Of a DNA stretch of 64,000 nucleotides, positions 21,466-32,699 are shown one piece after another. The position numbers were made by a program, and so were the translations under genes. Location: assembly GCA_963721455.1 (NCBI GenBank), contig CAVRJG010000033.1, positions 98,883 through 162,882 on the forward strand, written 5' to 3'. Every line of letters begins with the position of its first letter. Within the stretch, counting starts at the first letter, position 1. The notes beneath the pieces were generated by a model. The model did not search any database. It saw only the letters and a list, made by a program, of their open reading frames with translations, and was not told where the DNA came from. This stretch comes from an uncultured Methanosarcinaceae archaeon (GTDB lineage: Archaea; Halobacteriota; Methanosarcinia; Methanosarcinales; Methanosarcinaceae).

Positions 21466-21480
21466 ATAGGAAGAGGCATA

Positions 21481-21514
21481 AAACCCCGAAGTCTTTAGCT
21501 TAGGGGTAGTTCAC
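21481..21514 (+). mobile_element. IS200/IS605-family right-end-like hairpin relic
   Basis: AAACCCCGAAGTCTTTAGCTTAGGGGTAGTTCAC: imperfect hairpin followed by TAGTTCAC, the typical IS605/tnpB right end; no tnpA or tnpB nearby. Confidence 0.55.
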
Positions 21515-21713
21515 TCAGGTATTCCAGAAGGTCGGAAATGTATTTTATGGCTGAGCTTAGAGACTGTGTGCGTGTTTAGTAAATCAGCACATATATACAG
21601 ATATTTTATTATTTCTTTTGGAAAATATAAATTGTCGGTATTTCCCTGAGTACGGTCCCGAAAAATCAGAATAACCGGAACGGCTTTAAGGTCTGCATAT
21701 ATTACCTACTCTC

Positions 21714-22196
21714 ATGAATTGTGACAGAGAAAGGCTTGCCAGAGTCCGCATGATTGCAGATTACCAGTTTGGGAAAGGCATTGGAAAAGAGCTTTTTCCT
21801 GAAGGCGCAACATTCCAGTTGTCCCGGACAAAAAGGGTACGCCAGGTCTTTCACTCAGGAAAACGCATAGCCACAGCAAGAGCAAAAGATGGCTTTTTTA
21901 CCCTCAGTATTGAAGGAGCTTCCATTATCCACAGGCTTTTGCCCGGGAGAAAGCTCAGGGTCGTTATTTCAGAAGAAGCTGCTCCTTTTGTGGAAAAAGG
22001 TAAAACCGCTTTTATAAAACATGTGGTTGAAATTGATCCTGAACTCAGGGCCGGAGAAGAGGTACTTGTGACAGACGAAGCTGACCGGCTGCTCGCAACA
22101 GGGCAACTGATTTTATCTCCTGCAGAGATCCTGGCCCTTGACACCGGGGCAGCCGTGGATGTTAGAGTAGGAGTTGCTTCGAAAAGAGAAGAATAG
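21714..22196 (+). CDS. Stand-alone PUA-domain protein resembling the C-terminus of archaeosine tRNA-guanine transglycosylase
   Basis: IADYQFG N-terminus, DGFFTLSIEGA and PUA motif DPELRAGEEVLV...LLATG. Confidence 0.8.
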   Translation: MNCDRERLARVRMIADYQFGKGIGKELFPEGATFQLSRTKRVRQVFHSGKRIATARAKDGFFTLSIEGASIIHRLLPGRKLRVVISEEAAPFVEKGKTAFIKHVVEIDPELRAGEEVLVTDEADRLLATGQLILSPAEILALDTGAAVDVRVGVASKREE

Positions 22197-22513
22197 ATCC
22201 CGAAGCTTCAGGAAAAGTTGTGAAGAAATAAGGGGACGCAGGAAAAGGAAAATAAGTATTAAGTTTTATGTTAAAGATAAAGATTTTTTAAATATTACAC
22301 AAATTTACATATAGTTAGATATAATATATAAAACGCGATTCATATTGCTCAAATATTCTTATAATGTGTGGATAAAATCAATAAGAATATATTATAGAGA
22401 GTAATTTTTGAATGAATATTATTCATAAAGAAACGGATATTTAAAAAAACAGTCCCAGGTTATACCCTGAAATTCCCATATATCAATGAACCAGATAACA
22501 GTTTCCCCGGAGA

Positions 22514-23653
22514 GTGAAAATCATTTCAGAGCCAGAACAGATTCTAAAATACTTCCTGGTTCCAGATAACACCAGAATAGAAGCAAACAGGATTATAGTC
22601 GAGGGAGACGTTATTATCGGCAATCACTCCAATATTGAATACGGTATACTCGGAGACACAGTCATTATGGGAGAAGGAGTGACCGTTTCCGGGGATATAG
22701 CGGCAAGTTCCGATATCAGGATTGACATGTGGTCAAAACTGGGGAGCAGGGTAGAGGTCGGCAGAAATGCCTATCTTGGAGAATTTGTAACCATAGACGG
22801 GAAACTGCTCGTAGAAGGGGACCTGGACGTAGGAAAAGAGGTTAAAATCAGGGGAGGATTCGAGGCCAAAGGATGGATTGTGGTCAGGAATCCAGTCCCT
22901 GTAATTATATTTTTATTTCTATATATAAGGGAAATGATGCGCCTCGGAAAAGGCGAGGAAATCGAGAAAGCCGTAGAAGAACTTTTTGAAGATTCCGAGG
23001 ACAGTCAGGACTTTGAAGGAAAAGAACCCGGTGAAAATATATTAATTATACCTGCCGGCGCAAAGATTTCCCCTGAAGCCATCGAGGTTGCCGGGGAAGC
23101 TGTTATCGGGAGTAACTGCCTGTTAATAGGAAACATCCGGGCACAGACAGTCGAGACAGGGAAAAATCTGACCCTGAAGGGAAGCATTCATTCAGAGGGC
23201 AAGATCATCATAGGAGAAAGCAGTACTGTCTATGGGAATCTCTTTTCAAAAGGGCAGGTGCATATTGGCCGAAACAGCAGAATTTTCGGTGGAATAAAAG
23301 CCGACTCTGTATTGCTGCACGAAAACGCCAGGGTAGAAGGCACAATAAAAGCATCTTCAGGAGTATCTTTCTTACGGGATGCTGCAGAAAAGCCAGTTCT
23401 TGCAGAGGTTAACGCTTTAGGAAAAGTGATTTTAAGTGAAGCCCGTGAGTTGCCTAAAGGTGCACTTCAAGAGGGACTCATAAAAGCTCTGGATGTAGCG
23501 GAAATAGGTTCACTCATCAAATCAAGCGCAAAAGCTAAAAATGGTTTTGTGCCTGGCAGAAAAAGAAAAACTGCTCGAACTCAGGCCCTGGAAAGGACCA
23601 GACGCTTCACAGGAGCCAGGACTTACAGAAAGGAACCGAAGTCCAGAGAGTAA
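22514..23653 (+). CDS. Bactofilin-like (polymer-forming cytoskeletal) protein with two beta-helical regions
   Basis: Repeated V/I-x-G-x-V/I beta-solenoid patterns on both sides of a hydrophobic linker PVPVIIFLFLYI. Confidence 0.7.
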   Translation: MKIISEPEQILKYFLVPDNTRIEANRIIVEGDVIIGNHSNIEYGILGDTVIMGEGVTVSGDIAASSDIRIDMWSKLGSRVEVGRNAYLGEFVTIDGKLLVEGDLDVGKEVKIRGGFEAKGWIVVRNPVPVIIFLFLYIREMMRLGKGEEIEKAVEELFEDSEDSQDFEGKEPGENILIIPAGAKISPEAIEVAGEAVIGSNCLLIGNIRAQTVETGKNLTLKGSIHSEGKIIIGESSTVYGNLFSKGQVHIGRNSRIFGGIKADSVLLHENARVEGTIKASSGVSFLRDAAEKPVLAEVNALGKVILSEARELPKGALQEGLIKALDVAEIGSLIKSSAKAKNGFVPGRKRKTARTQALERTRRFTGARTYRKEPKSRE

Positions 23654-24078
23654 TTATCCGAATTTAACCTGATGCCATGCTTAAGCCTTAGAAGCCCCGA
23701 GAAAACCCGGAATGTCACCTGACCGAGCCTTCCTCTGAATTCTCGTTCTGCATACAGCGTAATCTTATCTTAGGGGGTGTAGGCTCATACCCCAGGGAAA
23801 AAAAGTTGCGGAAAAAAATTTCTTTTTTCAGAAGGAGCAGTAACATTCTTAGGGTATCAGGGAATTATCTGGATTTCAGGGAGAAGACAGAAGACATTTT
23901 AACTGCAAACCCGTTAAATCTTCAAAGGAAAACATTTTCAGAGTATTGATGATTCTGTAACCTTCGTCTGTTTAAGCTTCCGTATTGGCATACAAATTCA
24001 AAATAATCCGAATCTCATTCGTTAAACTTTCAGGTCAGCTTAAAAGTATAAATTGTATAATTTCAGGAAGGAATTCGA

Positions 24079-25266
24079 TTGATAGAGAATATTACAGATC
24101 CTCAGGATCTACAGGCAAAGTACGATTCAGTTATAGAAAAGGATTCAAAATACGTAATGCAGACCTATGGGCGCCAGCCCCTTGTACTCTCAAAAGGGAA
24201 TGGGGCAGTTGTCCAGGATATTTACGGAAAAGAATATATTGACTGTGTAGCAGGAATTGCAGTAAACAATGTTGGACACTGCCACCCAATGGTCGTCAGG
24301 GCAATCCAGGCCCAGGCTGAGGAACTGCTGCACGTCTCCAACCTTTATTACACCGAAATCCAGGCCGAACTTGCAGAAACCCTTGTCTCGGTTACAGGTA
24401 TGGAACGTGTTTTTTTCTGTAATTCCGGAGCTGAAGCCGTAGAATCTGCAATGAAACTGGCCCGTGTGGCTTCCGGAAAAAGCGCCTTTGTAGCAGCTGA
24501 ACATTCATTTCATGGCAGGACTATAGGGGCACTCAGCGTGACCCACAAGAGCATATACAGGGACCCTTTTACACCTCCTGTGAGTTCTGAGACTGCTTTT
24601 GTTCCATACTCCGATGCTGGCGCCATCAGGCAGGCGATTTCGGAAAACACTGCAGCAGTTATTCTTGAGCCCATCCAGGGGGAAGGCGGGGTAAAGATAC
24701 CGAACCCCGAATACCTTAAAGAGGTCAGGGAAATTTGTGATGAAACCGGAACCTTCCTTATCTTTGACGAGGTGCAGACAGGCTTTGGAAGGACAGGCAC
24801 CTGGTTCTGTAAAGAACAGTTCGGAGCGGAGCCTGATATCATGAGCATGGCAAAGGCAATAGGCGGAGGCTTCCCGATGGGTGCTATCGCGGCCAGGGAA
24901 GGACTCAGCTTTGGGCGCGGGCAGCATGCTTCTACTTTCGGAGGCGGGCCTCTTGCCTGCGCAGCTGCACTTGCTTCGATTGAAGCGATCAGGGGGGAAG
25001 GGCTTCTTAAACGCTCGAAAGAAAACGGGGCTTATTTCATGGGAAAGCTCAGGAATATGGACAGGGAAGATGTTGTAGAAGTCCGTGGGAAAGGCCTCAT
25101 GATAGGAGTTGAGATAAAATATCCCTGCAACAAGTTCGTAGACTTTGCAAGGGAACGCGGCGTGCTTGTAAACTGCACCTCTGACTCGGTGCTCCGCCTG
25201 GTTCCTCCGCTTGTGATTACGAAAGAACAGATCGATAAGGTAGTTGATGTTCTTGAGCAGGCCTGA
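24079..25266 (+). CDS. argD: Acetylornithine aminotransferase
   Basis: [33 protein letters not shown] and AKAIGGG. Confidence 0.94.
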   Translation: MIENITDPQDLQAKYDSVIEKDSKYVMQTYGRQPLVLSKGNGAVVQDIYGKEYIDCVAGIAVNNVGHCHPMVVRAIQAQAEELLHVSNLYYTEIQAELAETLVSVTGMERVFFCNSGAEAVESAMKLARVASGKSAFVAAEHSFHGRTIGALSVTHKSIYRDPFTPPVSSETAFVPYSDAGAIRQAISENTAAVILEPIQGEGGVKIPNPEYLKEVREICDETGTFLIFDEVQTGFGRTGTWFCKEQFGAEPDIMSMAKAIGGGFPMGAIAAREGLSFGRGQHASTFGGGPLACAAALASIEAIRGEGLLKRSKENGAYFMGKLRNMDREDVVEVRGKGLMIGVEIKYPCNKFVDFARERGVLVNCTSDSVLRLVPPLVITKEQIDKVVDVLEQA

Positions 25267-26347
25267 ACTGATAAAAAAAGAAATCTTTGATATAGCAGAG
25301 TACGTTCCCGGAAAATCCATCGAAGAAATAGCTTCTGCCTACGGGCTTGACCCGGCTTCAATTATTAAACTGGGCTCGAACGAAAACCCGCTCGGGCCCT
25401 CTTCAAAAGCTGTTCAGGCCCTAATGGACACAGCCCCCTGCGCAAACATTTACCCGTCTGCAGATGCGAGAGAACTTAGAGAAGCTCTCTCGAAATACAC
25501 AGGCTTTCCGGTCTCAAACCTTGTAGCATCAGGGCCTGGAATGGACGGGCTCCTTGACGGGCTTTGCAGGCTCATTATTGAAAAGGGGGATGAGGTTATA
25601 GTCCCTACTCCGACTTTTGCCTATTATGAACTGCCAGCCCGGGCATGCGGAGGAAAGCCAGTTTTTGTAAGGAGGAACCAGGACTTTTCTCTGTACCCTG
25701 AAAAGGTTCTGGAAGCCGAGTCCCCCAGGACAAAGATAATCTTCCTCTGCTCTCCCAATAATCCATCGGGTAACCTCCTTCCCGAAAATGACCTGAGGAG
25801 AATCCTTGAGAATACCAGAGCTCTTGTGTTTGTTGACGAGGCGTATGTTGAGTTTGCGGACAGGAACCTTGCCGGGCTTGTGCGGGAATACGATAACCTT
25901 GTCGTGGGCAGGACTTTTTCAAAGGTATTCGGGCTTGCAGGCCTGCGCCTGGGCTATGGGATCATGCCTGAGTGGCTGGTAAAAGAGTACATACGGGCAG
26001 CAACTCCTTTTTCAGTAAGCCTTCCGGCTTTAAAGGCAGGAATAGCTGCCCTTTCGGATGCCGAACACCTCAGAAAGAGTATAGAGATCGCAAGAGAAGG
26101 CAGAGAATACCTGAAAGGAAAAATCCCTTTTACGGTTTATCCTTCCCAGGCAAACTTCGTACTTGTGGATGTTGCCCCTTTGAAAGCAAAAGCAGTTACA
26201 GAAAGCCTCATGAGAAAGGGAATCATTGTACGTTCCTGTGACTCATTCAGGGAAGCAGGAGATACATATATCAGGGTAACAGTCGGGACTCCGGAACAGA
26301 ACGAAAAAGTTGTCAGGGCTTTTGAAATTGTAAAGAACGAGGGTTAA
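25244..26347 (+). CDS. hisC: Histidinol-phosphate aminotransferase
   Basis: [20 protein letters not shown] and [15 protein letters not shown]. Confidence 0.94.
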   Translation: MMFLSRPELIKKEIFDIAEYVPGKSIEEIASAYGLDPASIIKLGSNENPLGPSSKAVQALMDTAPCANIYPSADARELREALSKYTGFPVSNLVASGPGMDGLLDGLCRLIIEKGDEVIVPTPTFAYYELPARACGGKPVFVRRNQDFSLYPEKVLEAESPRTKIIFLCSPNNPSGNLLPENDLRRILENTRALVFVDEAYVEFADRNLAGLVREYDNLVVGRTFSKVFGLAGLRLGYGIMPEWLVKEYIRAATPFSVSLPALKAGIAALSDAEHLRKSIEIAREGREYLKGKIPFTVYPSQANFVLVDVAPLKAKAVTESLMRKGIIVRSCDSFREAGDTYIRVTVGTPEQNEKVVRAFEIVKNEG

Positions 26348-26424
26348 ATACCTCTATTTCTTTACTTTAAGCCTTATTTCGTTATTTTATTCGTTTTAAG
26401 GCTTATTTTAGATAGCTGTTTGTT

Positions 26425-26835
26425 TCAAACGTTTATCTCTTCGATTTCTATAATTCTCATCAGTGGGTAATTCAGTTCAGGGTCATATTCCATTCCGACT
26501 TTTACCTTTGAAGAGCCGTGTTTTACAGTTATTTTTACTTTAAGCATGGACCCCTGAAGTTCGAAATAACCGAACTCGTTGCTCAGCTTGCTTTTCAGCA
26601 TATCCCTGTCGATTTTTACGGAAATTTCTTCCACGTAGGGCTGGACTGAAATGCTTTCCTGGATAGCCTGTTCAAGGCTTGAAACCGTGTTCAAATTTAC
26701 CGGGGAACCCGTAAACTGATGGTAAAGAGCTCCGAGTTTTATTCCTGCTTCAAAGAGTGCATTGTCTCTGTCAGTTGCCTTTTCTTGAACCAAATAAATC
26801 TCTCCCTTCTGGAAATTCGTGAGTGGATATGTCAA
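26425..26835 (-). CDS. mptD: Archaeal dihydroneopterin aldolase (start probably near 26793)
   Basis: FEAGIKLGALYHQFTGSP and YPLM motifs. Confidence 0.85.
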   Translation of the reverse strand: MTYPLTNFQKGEIYLVQEKATDRDNALFEAGIKLGALYHQFTGSPVNLNTVSSLEQAIQESISVQPYVEEISVKIDRDMLKSKLSNEFGYFELQGSMLKVKITVKHGSSKVKVGMEYDPELNYPLMRIIEIEEINV

Positions 26836-26847
26836 AATGAATCGATT

Positions 26848-27642
26848 TTACTGTTTTTCCTTCCTTCCTCCGGCCCTCAACCCTCTATTTCGAGATTCTT
26901 TACTACCCAGATTGCTCAGTAGAGGGATCTTGAAAAAGGGAGAAAAAATGTATGTCAGCATGAGGATAAAAGGCAGGATGGAAAAAATCCGCATATACTG
27001 TACGTTATACATCACATCTACAACATAGAGAAGCATGGTTAGCCCGAAAATGGAAGCTATAAAAACCAGGACTCTGACATTCCTGATCTTCGGATAACTT
27101 ACCGAACTCACCATGAGGATAGAGAGAGCAAGGGTAAGAGCTAGAAGGAAGTCTATCCTGACAAGACTTTCGCCCAGCAGCATGTATGTAACAAGCATAA
27201 CGCAACCTGCAGTTATGGGAAGACCTTCAAACCCTGTTTTACGGGAAGCCACGGAATTGAAGCGTGCGAGCCGGAGCACACCGCAAATAGCATACAAAGC
27301 CGGAAATACCGCGACAAGAGGATCTTCTCCTCCGAACTCCAGATATATGAGAAGAGCGGGAGCGACCCCGAAAGAGACTGCATCTGCCAGGGAATCAAGC
27401 TGTTCCCCAAGTTCTCCTCCTTTGAACCGTCTGGCAATGTATCCATCCGCCCCATCTGCAACTGCCGCAATCAGAAGGAAGATCAAGGCCAGGGCAAAAG
27501 ACCCATCATGGGCGGCAGTTTGATAGGTGGCAGCCTGGACGGCAGCTTGGGCAGCTACTGCAATTGAGCTAATCCCGCAGATGAGGTTCAAAAGAGAGAC
27601 CAGGTCCGGGAGTCTTAACATTTGAAATACGTTCATATTCAA
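26848..27642 (-). CDS. pssA: Archaetidylserine synthase (CDP-alcohol phosphatidyltransferase)
   Basis: DGADGYIAR...GEQLDSLADAVSFGVAP and RLARFN. Confidence 0.92.
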   Translation of the reverse strand: MNMNVFQMLRLPDLVSLLNLICGISSIAVAAQAAVQAATYQTAAHDGSFALALIFLLIAAVADGADGYIARRFKGGELGEQLDSLADAVSFGVAPALLIYLEFGGEDPLVAVFPALYAICGVLRLARFNSVASRKTGFEGLPITAGCVMLVTYMLLGESLVRIDFLLALTLALSILMVSSVSYPKIRNVRVLVFIASIFGLTMLLYVVDVMYNVQYMRIFSILPFILMLTYIFSPFFKIPLLSNLGSKESRNRGLRAGGRKEKQ

Positions 27643-28283
27643 AAGTCCCTGTCATTTTTTATTGTTGCTATAACGGTCTTGCCTGCAAGTACCCGCTCTC
27701 CTTTCCGTACGGTGATTTCAAAATCAGGAGGAATTGTTACGTCAACTCTTGATCCGAAACGAATCATTCCGATGCGTTGTCCCTGCTCGATGATATCGTT
27801 TACCCGAGAATAAGAGACAATCCTGCGGGCAATTGTGCCCGCAATCTGTGTAACACTAACATCCCCGTACTTGCTGTGGATAATAAACTCGTTTCTTTCG
27901 TTTCGTTCAGAGTCTTTACAAAAAGCAGGAAGATACCCACCTTTCTTATAAGTTATTTCCCTAATTTTTCCGGAAATCGGAGCCCTGTTTACATGTACAT
28001 TCTGGAAAAACATGAAAATACAAACTTTCCGGTCTCTGATGTCTATAATCGTGCCATCTGCCGGAGAAATCATATAAGTGTCCGAAACTTCCACTTTTCT
28101 TTCGGGATCTCGGAAAAAAATAACCATAAAGAAAGTTAATGCCATTGCCAGGTAAGCAGCGTGGTTTGCCAGGTAAGCAACGTGGTCTAGATGTGAGCTG
28201 TTCATTGCCCTGGAGAGGATTGCAAACAGTGCAGTTACAAGTGTAGCTGTGAAAAGCCAGGGTTCCGAGCCTTTTGCAAGCAT
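27639..28283 (-). CDS. psd: Archaetidylserine/phosphatidylserine decarboxylase proenzyme
   Basis: FFRDPER, SPADG, NVHVNRAP and the self-cleavage site RFGS. Confidence 0.93.
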   Translation of the reverse strand: MLAKGSEPWLFTATLVTALFAILSRAMNSSHLDHVAYLANHAAYLAMALTFFMVIFFRDPERKVEVSDTYMISPADGTIIDIRDRKVCIFMFFQNVHVNRAPISGKIREITYKKGGYLPAFCKDSERNERNEFIIHSKYGDVSVTQIAGTIARRIVSYSRVNDIIEQGQRIGMIRFGSRVDVTIPPDFEITVRKGERVLAGKTVIATIKNDRDF

Positions 28284-28288
28284 TGACC

Positions 28289-29158
28289 TCAGTCCCCCCC
28301 GGACCTGTGCAGAAGGGATTTTAATTCTTTAGAAAGTATGACCCCGAGGCCGTCAATCATTCCCAGCAATTCGGGCAGTGTTCGGAGCACTAGATATGAA
28401 ATTGCAAAGAGGGCAATTCCTGAGCCCGCTTTTGCGATATAATTATGTGCAATTACAAAACTGTCAGCACCAAACCACTGCTCTCCATAAGCTACTACCA
28501 CAAAAATGTCCCTGATAAGGTTAAGAACGTAAATGACTGGCACTGACACGATGAAAGCTGTCGCGAGGCGATTAAGGGGAGCTCTGACAGCACCTATAAG
28601 CCCCATAAAGAGAGCGATGCTTTCAATTGCCGTACAGGCAAGAATGATCTCCACTGTGTACCCGTTAAGCGTGATCATATTCCAGGCTTTCAGGTACGCA
28701 GGAATCTCGAAATAATGAAGAACCCAGAGGACCTGGGAGGTAACCCCTCCAATAATCCAGGTGTTTAGAGAGGAGAAATTCGCAAATGGAAAATAAACAA
28801 GAGCTCCAAGTGCACTGGCACTGGTAAGCATTGAAGTTATATCAAGGGAATCGGCCTCACCCTGAGCTGAAAATTCCGAATGCAGCACTTCTCGATTATT
28901 TTTTATATGGAAAGGACCCTCCCTGCACTCCCGAAACATGATATATGCTACAAGTAGACAAAATAGAGTCACTGCTATTGTCAGGAACACATTGGCATAG
29001 TCCAGGGCCTTGAGATAATGGAGAGGCTGATAACTCCAGTGGATGGAAAATACACCCCACCCAATCCCTCCGACCAGTTTACGAGCCCTGGAGGTTCTGG
29101 GGATAACGGATGACGCAACCATTAACCCGACTGCGAGCCAGAGTACACTTTCTATCAT
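28289..29158 (-). CDS. artA: Archaeosortase A
   Basis: Polytopic membrane protein with IILACTAIESI (catalytic Cys), NLIRD and HNYIAK. Confidence 0.9.
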   Translation of the reverse strand: MIESVLWLAVGLMVASSVIPRTSRARKLVGGIGWGVFSIHWSYQPLHYLKALDYANVFLTIAVTLFCLLVAYIMFRECREGPFHIKNNREVLHSEFSAQGEADSLDITSMLTSASALGALVYFPFANFSSLNTWIIGGVTSQVLWVLHYFEIPAYLKAWNMITLNGYTVEIILACTAIESIALFMGLIGAVRAPLNRLATAFIVSVPVIYVLNLIRDIFVVVAYGEQWFGADSFVIAHNYIAKAGSGIALFAISYLVLRTLPELLGMIDGLGVILSKELKSLLHRSGGD

Positions 29159-29861
29159 TTTTCACGCACCTTTTTTGCCGGAGGTAAAGATTTATTTTAT
29201 ATTCCGTTTTCCTTGTTTCTGAGATCTCAGAAAAGCCTCGGGCAAGTTATGAAGTTTCCGTAAAGTGACATATGAAATTATCTAAGATGATTAATAGATT
29301 TCCATAGAAGTTTCTAATAAATTCAATGGTTCATAGTCATTAGTATTAAGGAATTCAAAGGTTATGGATTTTACTTTCCGTATGAGTGATATTTAGAACT
29401 ATTACCTACATAAGAGATACTGAGCAAATGAACCTTGCAGATAAGATAACTGATTTCTATTATAGAAGAATAGCGTTACAAGAATGTTCTCATTTATATA
29501 AAGAATGTCAAGATGAAAAAAGTTTAGGAGATGAGAAAGAAACTTTCTGTTTCGATAAAAGAGAAACATTTAAGAGAGGTTACTGCATAAGAGACTTTTT
29601 TGCTTGATAGAAACTCGGCTTACAATGTAAAGATCAAGAAAGTGATTCAGACAGGAATCGAGAGAAAATCCAAAAGCGAAAAATTTTTGAGAATACACAA
29701 AAGTATGAGAAGAATAATTGAAATACGATGACGAGTTTCTACGTTATGTACAATATTAATATATTATTTTACTCTGGCAGAGATGCCAGAAAAAGCTAAT
29801 TCAGAAAGGTATTGGTGGCGGAAAAAGAGATCTCCCGGAAAGTAAATTACAAAGGCGTTTT

Positions 29862-30278
29862 ATGAAACCTCAAACCCCTAGCTTAACCGTTGATACCGTG
29901 ATCCTCTTTAAAAACAGGCTTGTTCTTGTGAAGAGAAAAAATCCCCCGTATCAGGGAAAATTTGCCCTTCCTGGAGGCTTCGTCGAAATCGGGGAAAGTA
30001 CCGAAAAAGCAGCAGTTAGAGAAGCTTTTGAAGAAACGGGCCTTTCTGTAGAGATTATCAAACTGGTAGGAGTCTATTCCGATCCTCCGCGTGACCCCAG
30101 AGGACATACGGTTTCAGTATGCTACCTCGCAAAGGGGTTCGGAGGGCTGAAATCGGGTTCTGACGCCGCTTCTGCCGAGCTTTTTGAGCTTGATTCAATT
30201 CCTGAACTGGCTTTTGACCACAATAAAATGATAAATGACGCAAAAAGTGATATTAATGCAGTTCTGTACCAAATGTAA
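29862..30278 (+). CDS. NUDIX hydrolase
   Basis: Nudix box GGFVEIGESTEKAAVREAFEETG; LAFDH. Confidence 0.93.
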   Translation: MKPQTPSLTVDTVILFKNRLVLVKRKNPPYQGKFALPGGFVEIGESTEKAAVREAFEETGLSVEIIKLVGVYSDPPRDPRGHTVSVCYLAKGFGGLKSGSDAASAELFELDSIPELAFDHNKMINDAKSDINAVLYQM

Positions 30279-30570
30279 AAGTATGATGTTTCCTAAAGAT
30301 GGTAATTACCAGTGTAGAAAGTGCGGGAGCATAATACCCATCGAAAATAATGCACAAAATTTTGTTTCCAAGGCCAAGATCGACGACCATGAAGTCGTGG
30401 TTCTGGAAGGTGAGCAAACTTCAGGTCTGCCAACAACAAACGCAAAATGTCCAGAGTGCGGAAACAACAGTGCAGCCTGGTGGCTCAGGCAGCTCAGGTC
30501 TGCAGACGAGTCCGAAACCCGTTTCTTAAGATGTACGAAATGCGGGTTCACCTGGAGAGAATACGACTGA
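30256..30570 (+). CDS. tfs: Transcription factor S (RpoM/TFS)
   Basis: Two zinc ribbons and QLRSADE acidic hairpin. Confidence 0.93.
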   Translation: MQFCTKCKSMMFPKDGNYQCRKCGSIIPIENNAQNFVSKAKIDDHEVVVLEGEQTSGLPTTNAKCPECGNNSAAWWLRQLRSADESETRFLRCTKCGFTWREYD

Positions 30571-30885
30571 AATTAGATTGTTCTTCTATACCACCCTTGA
30601 AAAGCGCACTTCCCGGAAAAGTGATTTATCAGGTCAGAGCTTCTCTCCTGCTTCAAGCAGAGCCTGAAGCCTTCCTGTTTTCGAACCAAGATTTATATAG
30701 TTACCGGGAGTTTGAATCTAATGATTTTTCCATTTCAAATAGCCATTTATCCTTATTCGGAAAGTTTTCTCCCCAAATAAATCGAGAATTCCCGAATCTG
30801 TAAAGAAATTTATATATCTCAAGGGTAATAAAGAGTTTAAGAATTTAAATTTAAAGACTTTAAATTTATTTAGTGGAGAAGAATC

Positions 30886-31623
30886 ATGTTCAAGGCAGCA
30901 ATTAATGCAGAGCTTCTGAAAGACGCGATTGCCGCACTGGCTGTAATTGTAGATGAGGTCAGATTCAAGATAAAACCGGAAGGTATTTCGGTAAAAGCAG
31001 TTGATCCTGCCAACGTTGCAATGGGAATTTTTGAACTAGGATCATCCGCTTTTGATGAATATAGCGCTGATGAGAGTGAAATCGGAATTGACCTTAACAA
31101 GATTATGGACCTGCTGGGAATTGCGGATAAGAGCGACACAGTCCGGATGGAACTTGAAGAAGAAAACCATAAACTCCTGATTGATGTCGGAGGACTGTCT
31201 TATACACTTTCTCTCCTCGATCCTTCCACAATTCGGGCAGAACCAAGAGTTCCCCAGCTTGAATTGCCTGCAAAAGTCGTCCTGAACGGCGCAGATCTCA
31301 GGCGTGCAGTGAGGGCCGCAGAAAAAATAAGCGACCATATGCTCATGGGAGTTTCCGGTGACACATTCTTTATGGAGGCAAAAGGAGATACCGACCAAGT
31401 TCGCCTGGAAATGGGTAGAGACCAGTTAATCGATCTGAAGGCAGGTGAGGCCTGCTCTCTTTTCTCCCTGGACTATCTGACAGATATAGTCAAGCCCACA
31501 AACAAAGTCAATGAGGTTACCCTCTCCCTTGGACGAGACTTTCCCGTCCTCATAGATTTCGAAATTGCAAACGGTGCAGGAAGAATTTCTTACCTCCTGG
31601 CTCCGAGAATTGAGTCGGATTAA
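30886..31623 (+). CDS. pcn: DNA sliding clamp PCNA
   Basis: AVDPANVAM and YLLAPRIE motifs. Confidence 0.97.
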   Translation: MFKAAINAELLKDAIAALAVIVDEVRFKIKPEGISVKAVDPANVAMGIFELGSSAFDEYSADESEIGIDLNKIMDLLGIADKSDTVRMELEEENHKLLIDVGGLSYTLSLLDPSTIRAEPRVPQLELPAKVVLNGADLRRAVRAAEKISDHMLMGVSGDTFFMEAKGDTDQVRLEMGRDQLIDLKAGEACSLFSLDYLTDIVKPTNKVNEVTLSLGRDFPVLIDFEIANGAGRISYLLAPRIESD

Positions 31624-31627
31624 TGGT

Positions 31628-32699
31628 ATGCAGGCCGAAGAACTTGCATCTTATCCGTTTATTTCAGAAGCATCTACCTACGTTGAAAATCTGGGTATTT
31701 CCCTGGATAGTCTGCTTAATTCCCGGGCCTACCGGACCGCAAGGGTCAGGGGGATAGAAAGGGTAAAAGAGGCTCTTGAAGGGGAAATTAAAAAATCCCC
31801 TGTGTCTGGGGAAGCCCAGGTTATCTTGGAACTCCTTTCCTATCCTTTTGCCAGGATGCTGGTTGCCTGTGTGGACGACCAGCTCTTTACCAGGCGCTAT
31901 GCTCTGGCAGAAGCCAAAGCTGCCTATAATCTTCTGAAAAATGAAAATCCGGCTTTTTTGCTTGAATTCGGGGAAGATTTCGGAATCTCAGCAGACTTCA
32001 GAGATTCCTATTTCAGCATGCATTTTACTGACTATATCCGCTTTTCAAACTCCCTGAAAGACCCTGCCTGGAAACTGACAAACAGCCAGTTCAAGGCTGG
32101 AAAAGTAAAAGTTACCAGAGAAGAATTTGCAAGGCTTCTTGAAGAAGCGGTCAGAGAACGTATTGAACGGTCCTTTCCAATTCCTGAAATTCCTGGTGAG
32201 GTCTCAAGTTTCTGCGCCCCTTATGTTGCCGAGATAAAGGATCGGTTTGAGGTCCAGAAGAAAAACTTCGGAGCAACGGACTTTGGGGCAGTGGAACCGG
32301 AATTCTTTCCTCCCTGTATATCCCATGCCCTTGCAAACGTACAGGGTGGAGTAAACCTTGCCCATTCTATGCGGTTTGCCATGACTTCCTTCCTGCTCAG
32401 TGTGGGAATGTCCGTGGACGAAATACTCAACCTTTTCAATATCTCCCCTGATTTTGACGCGGAAAAAACCCTTTACCAGATAGAGCATATTGCAGGTGCC
32501 ACGGGAAATATATACAAGCCCCCGGCATGCGATACCATGAGAACCTATGGCAACTGCATAGGAAAAGAGAGATTATGTGAAAAAATCAATCATCCTCTGG
32601 GGTATTACGAAAAAAAAATATATCTGAAAAATAAAGAAAAAGGAAAGGAAAAAGAAAAGGAAAAGGAAAAGAGAAAAGGAAAAAGAGCAAGAGAAGTAA
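31628..32699 (+). CDS. priL: DNA primase large subunit; probable frameshift in the A-rich tail (as given, the ORF runs on to 32884)
   Basis: YPF, FPPCI and YKPPACDTMRTYGNC Fe-S motifs; the alternative frame EKEKEQEK* stops at 32699 and avoids overlap with the convergent gene. Confidence 0.88.

Noticed and set aside
29386-29607. 73-aa ORF in the artA/NUDIX intergenic region
   Set aside because: AT-rich, no RBS, no recognisable motif
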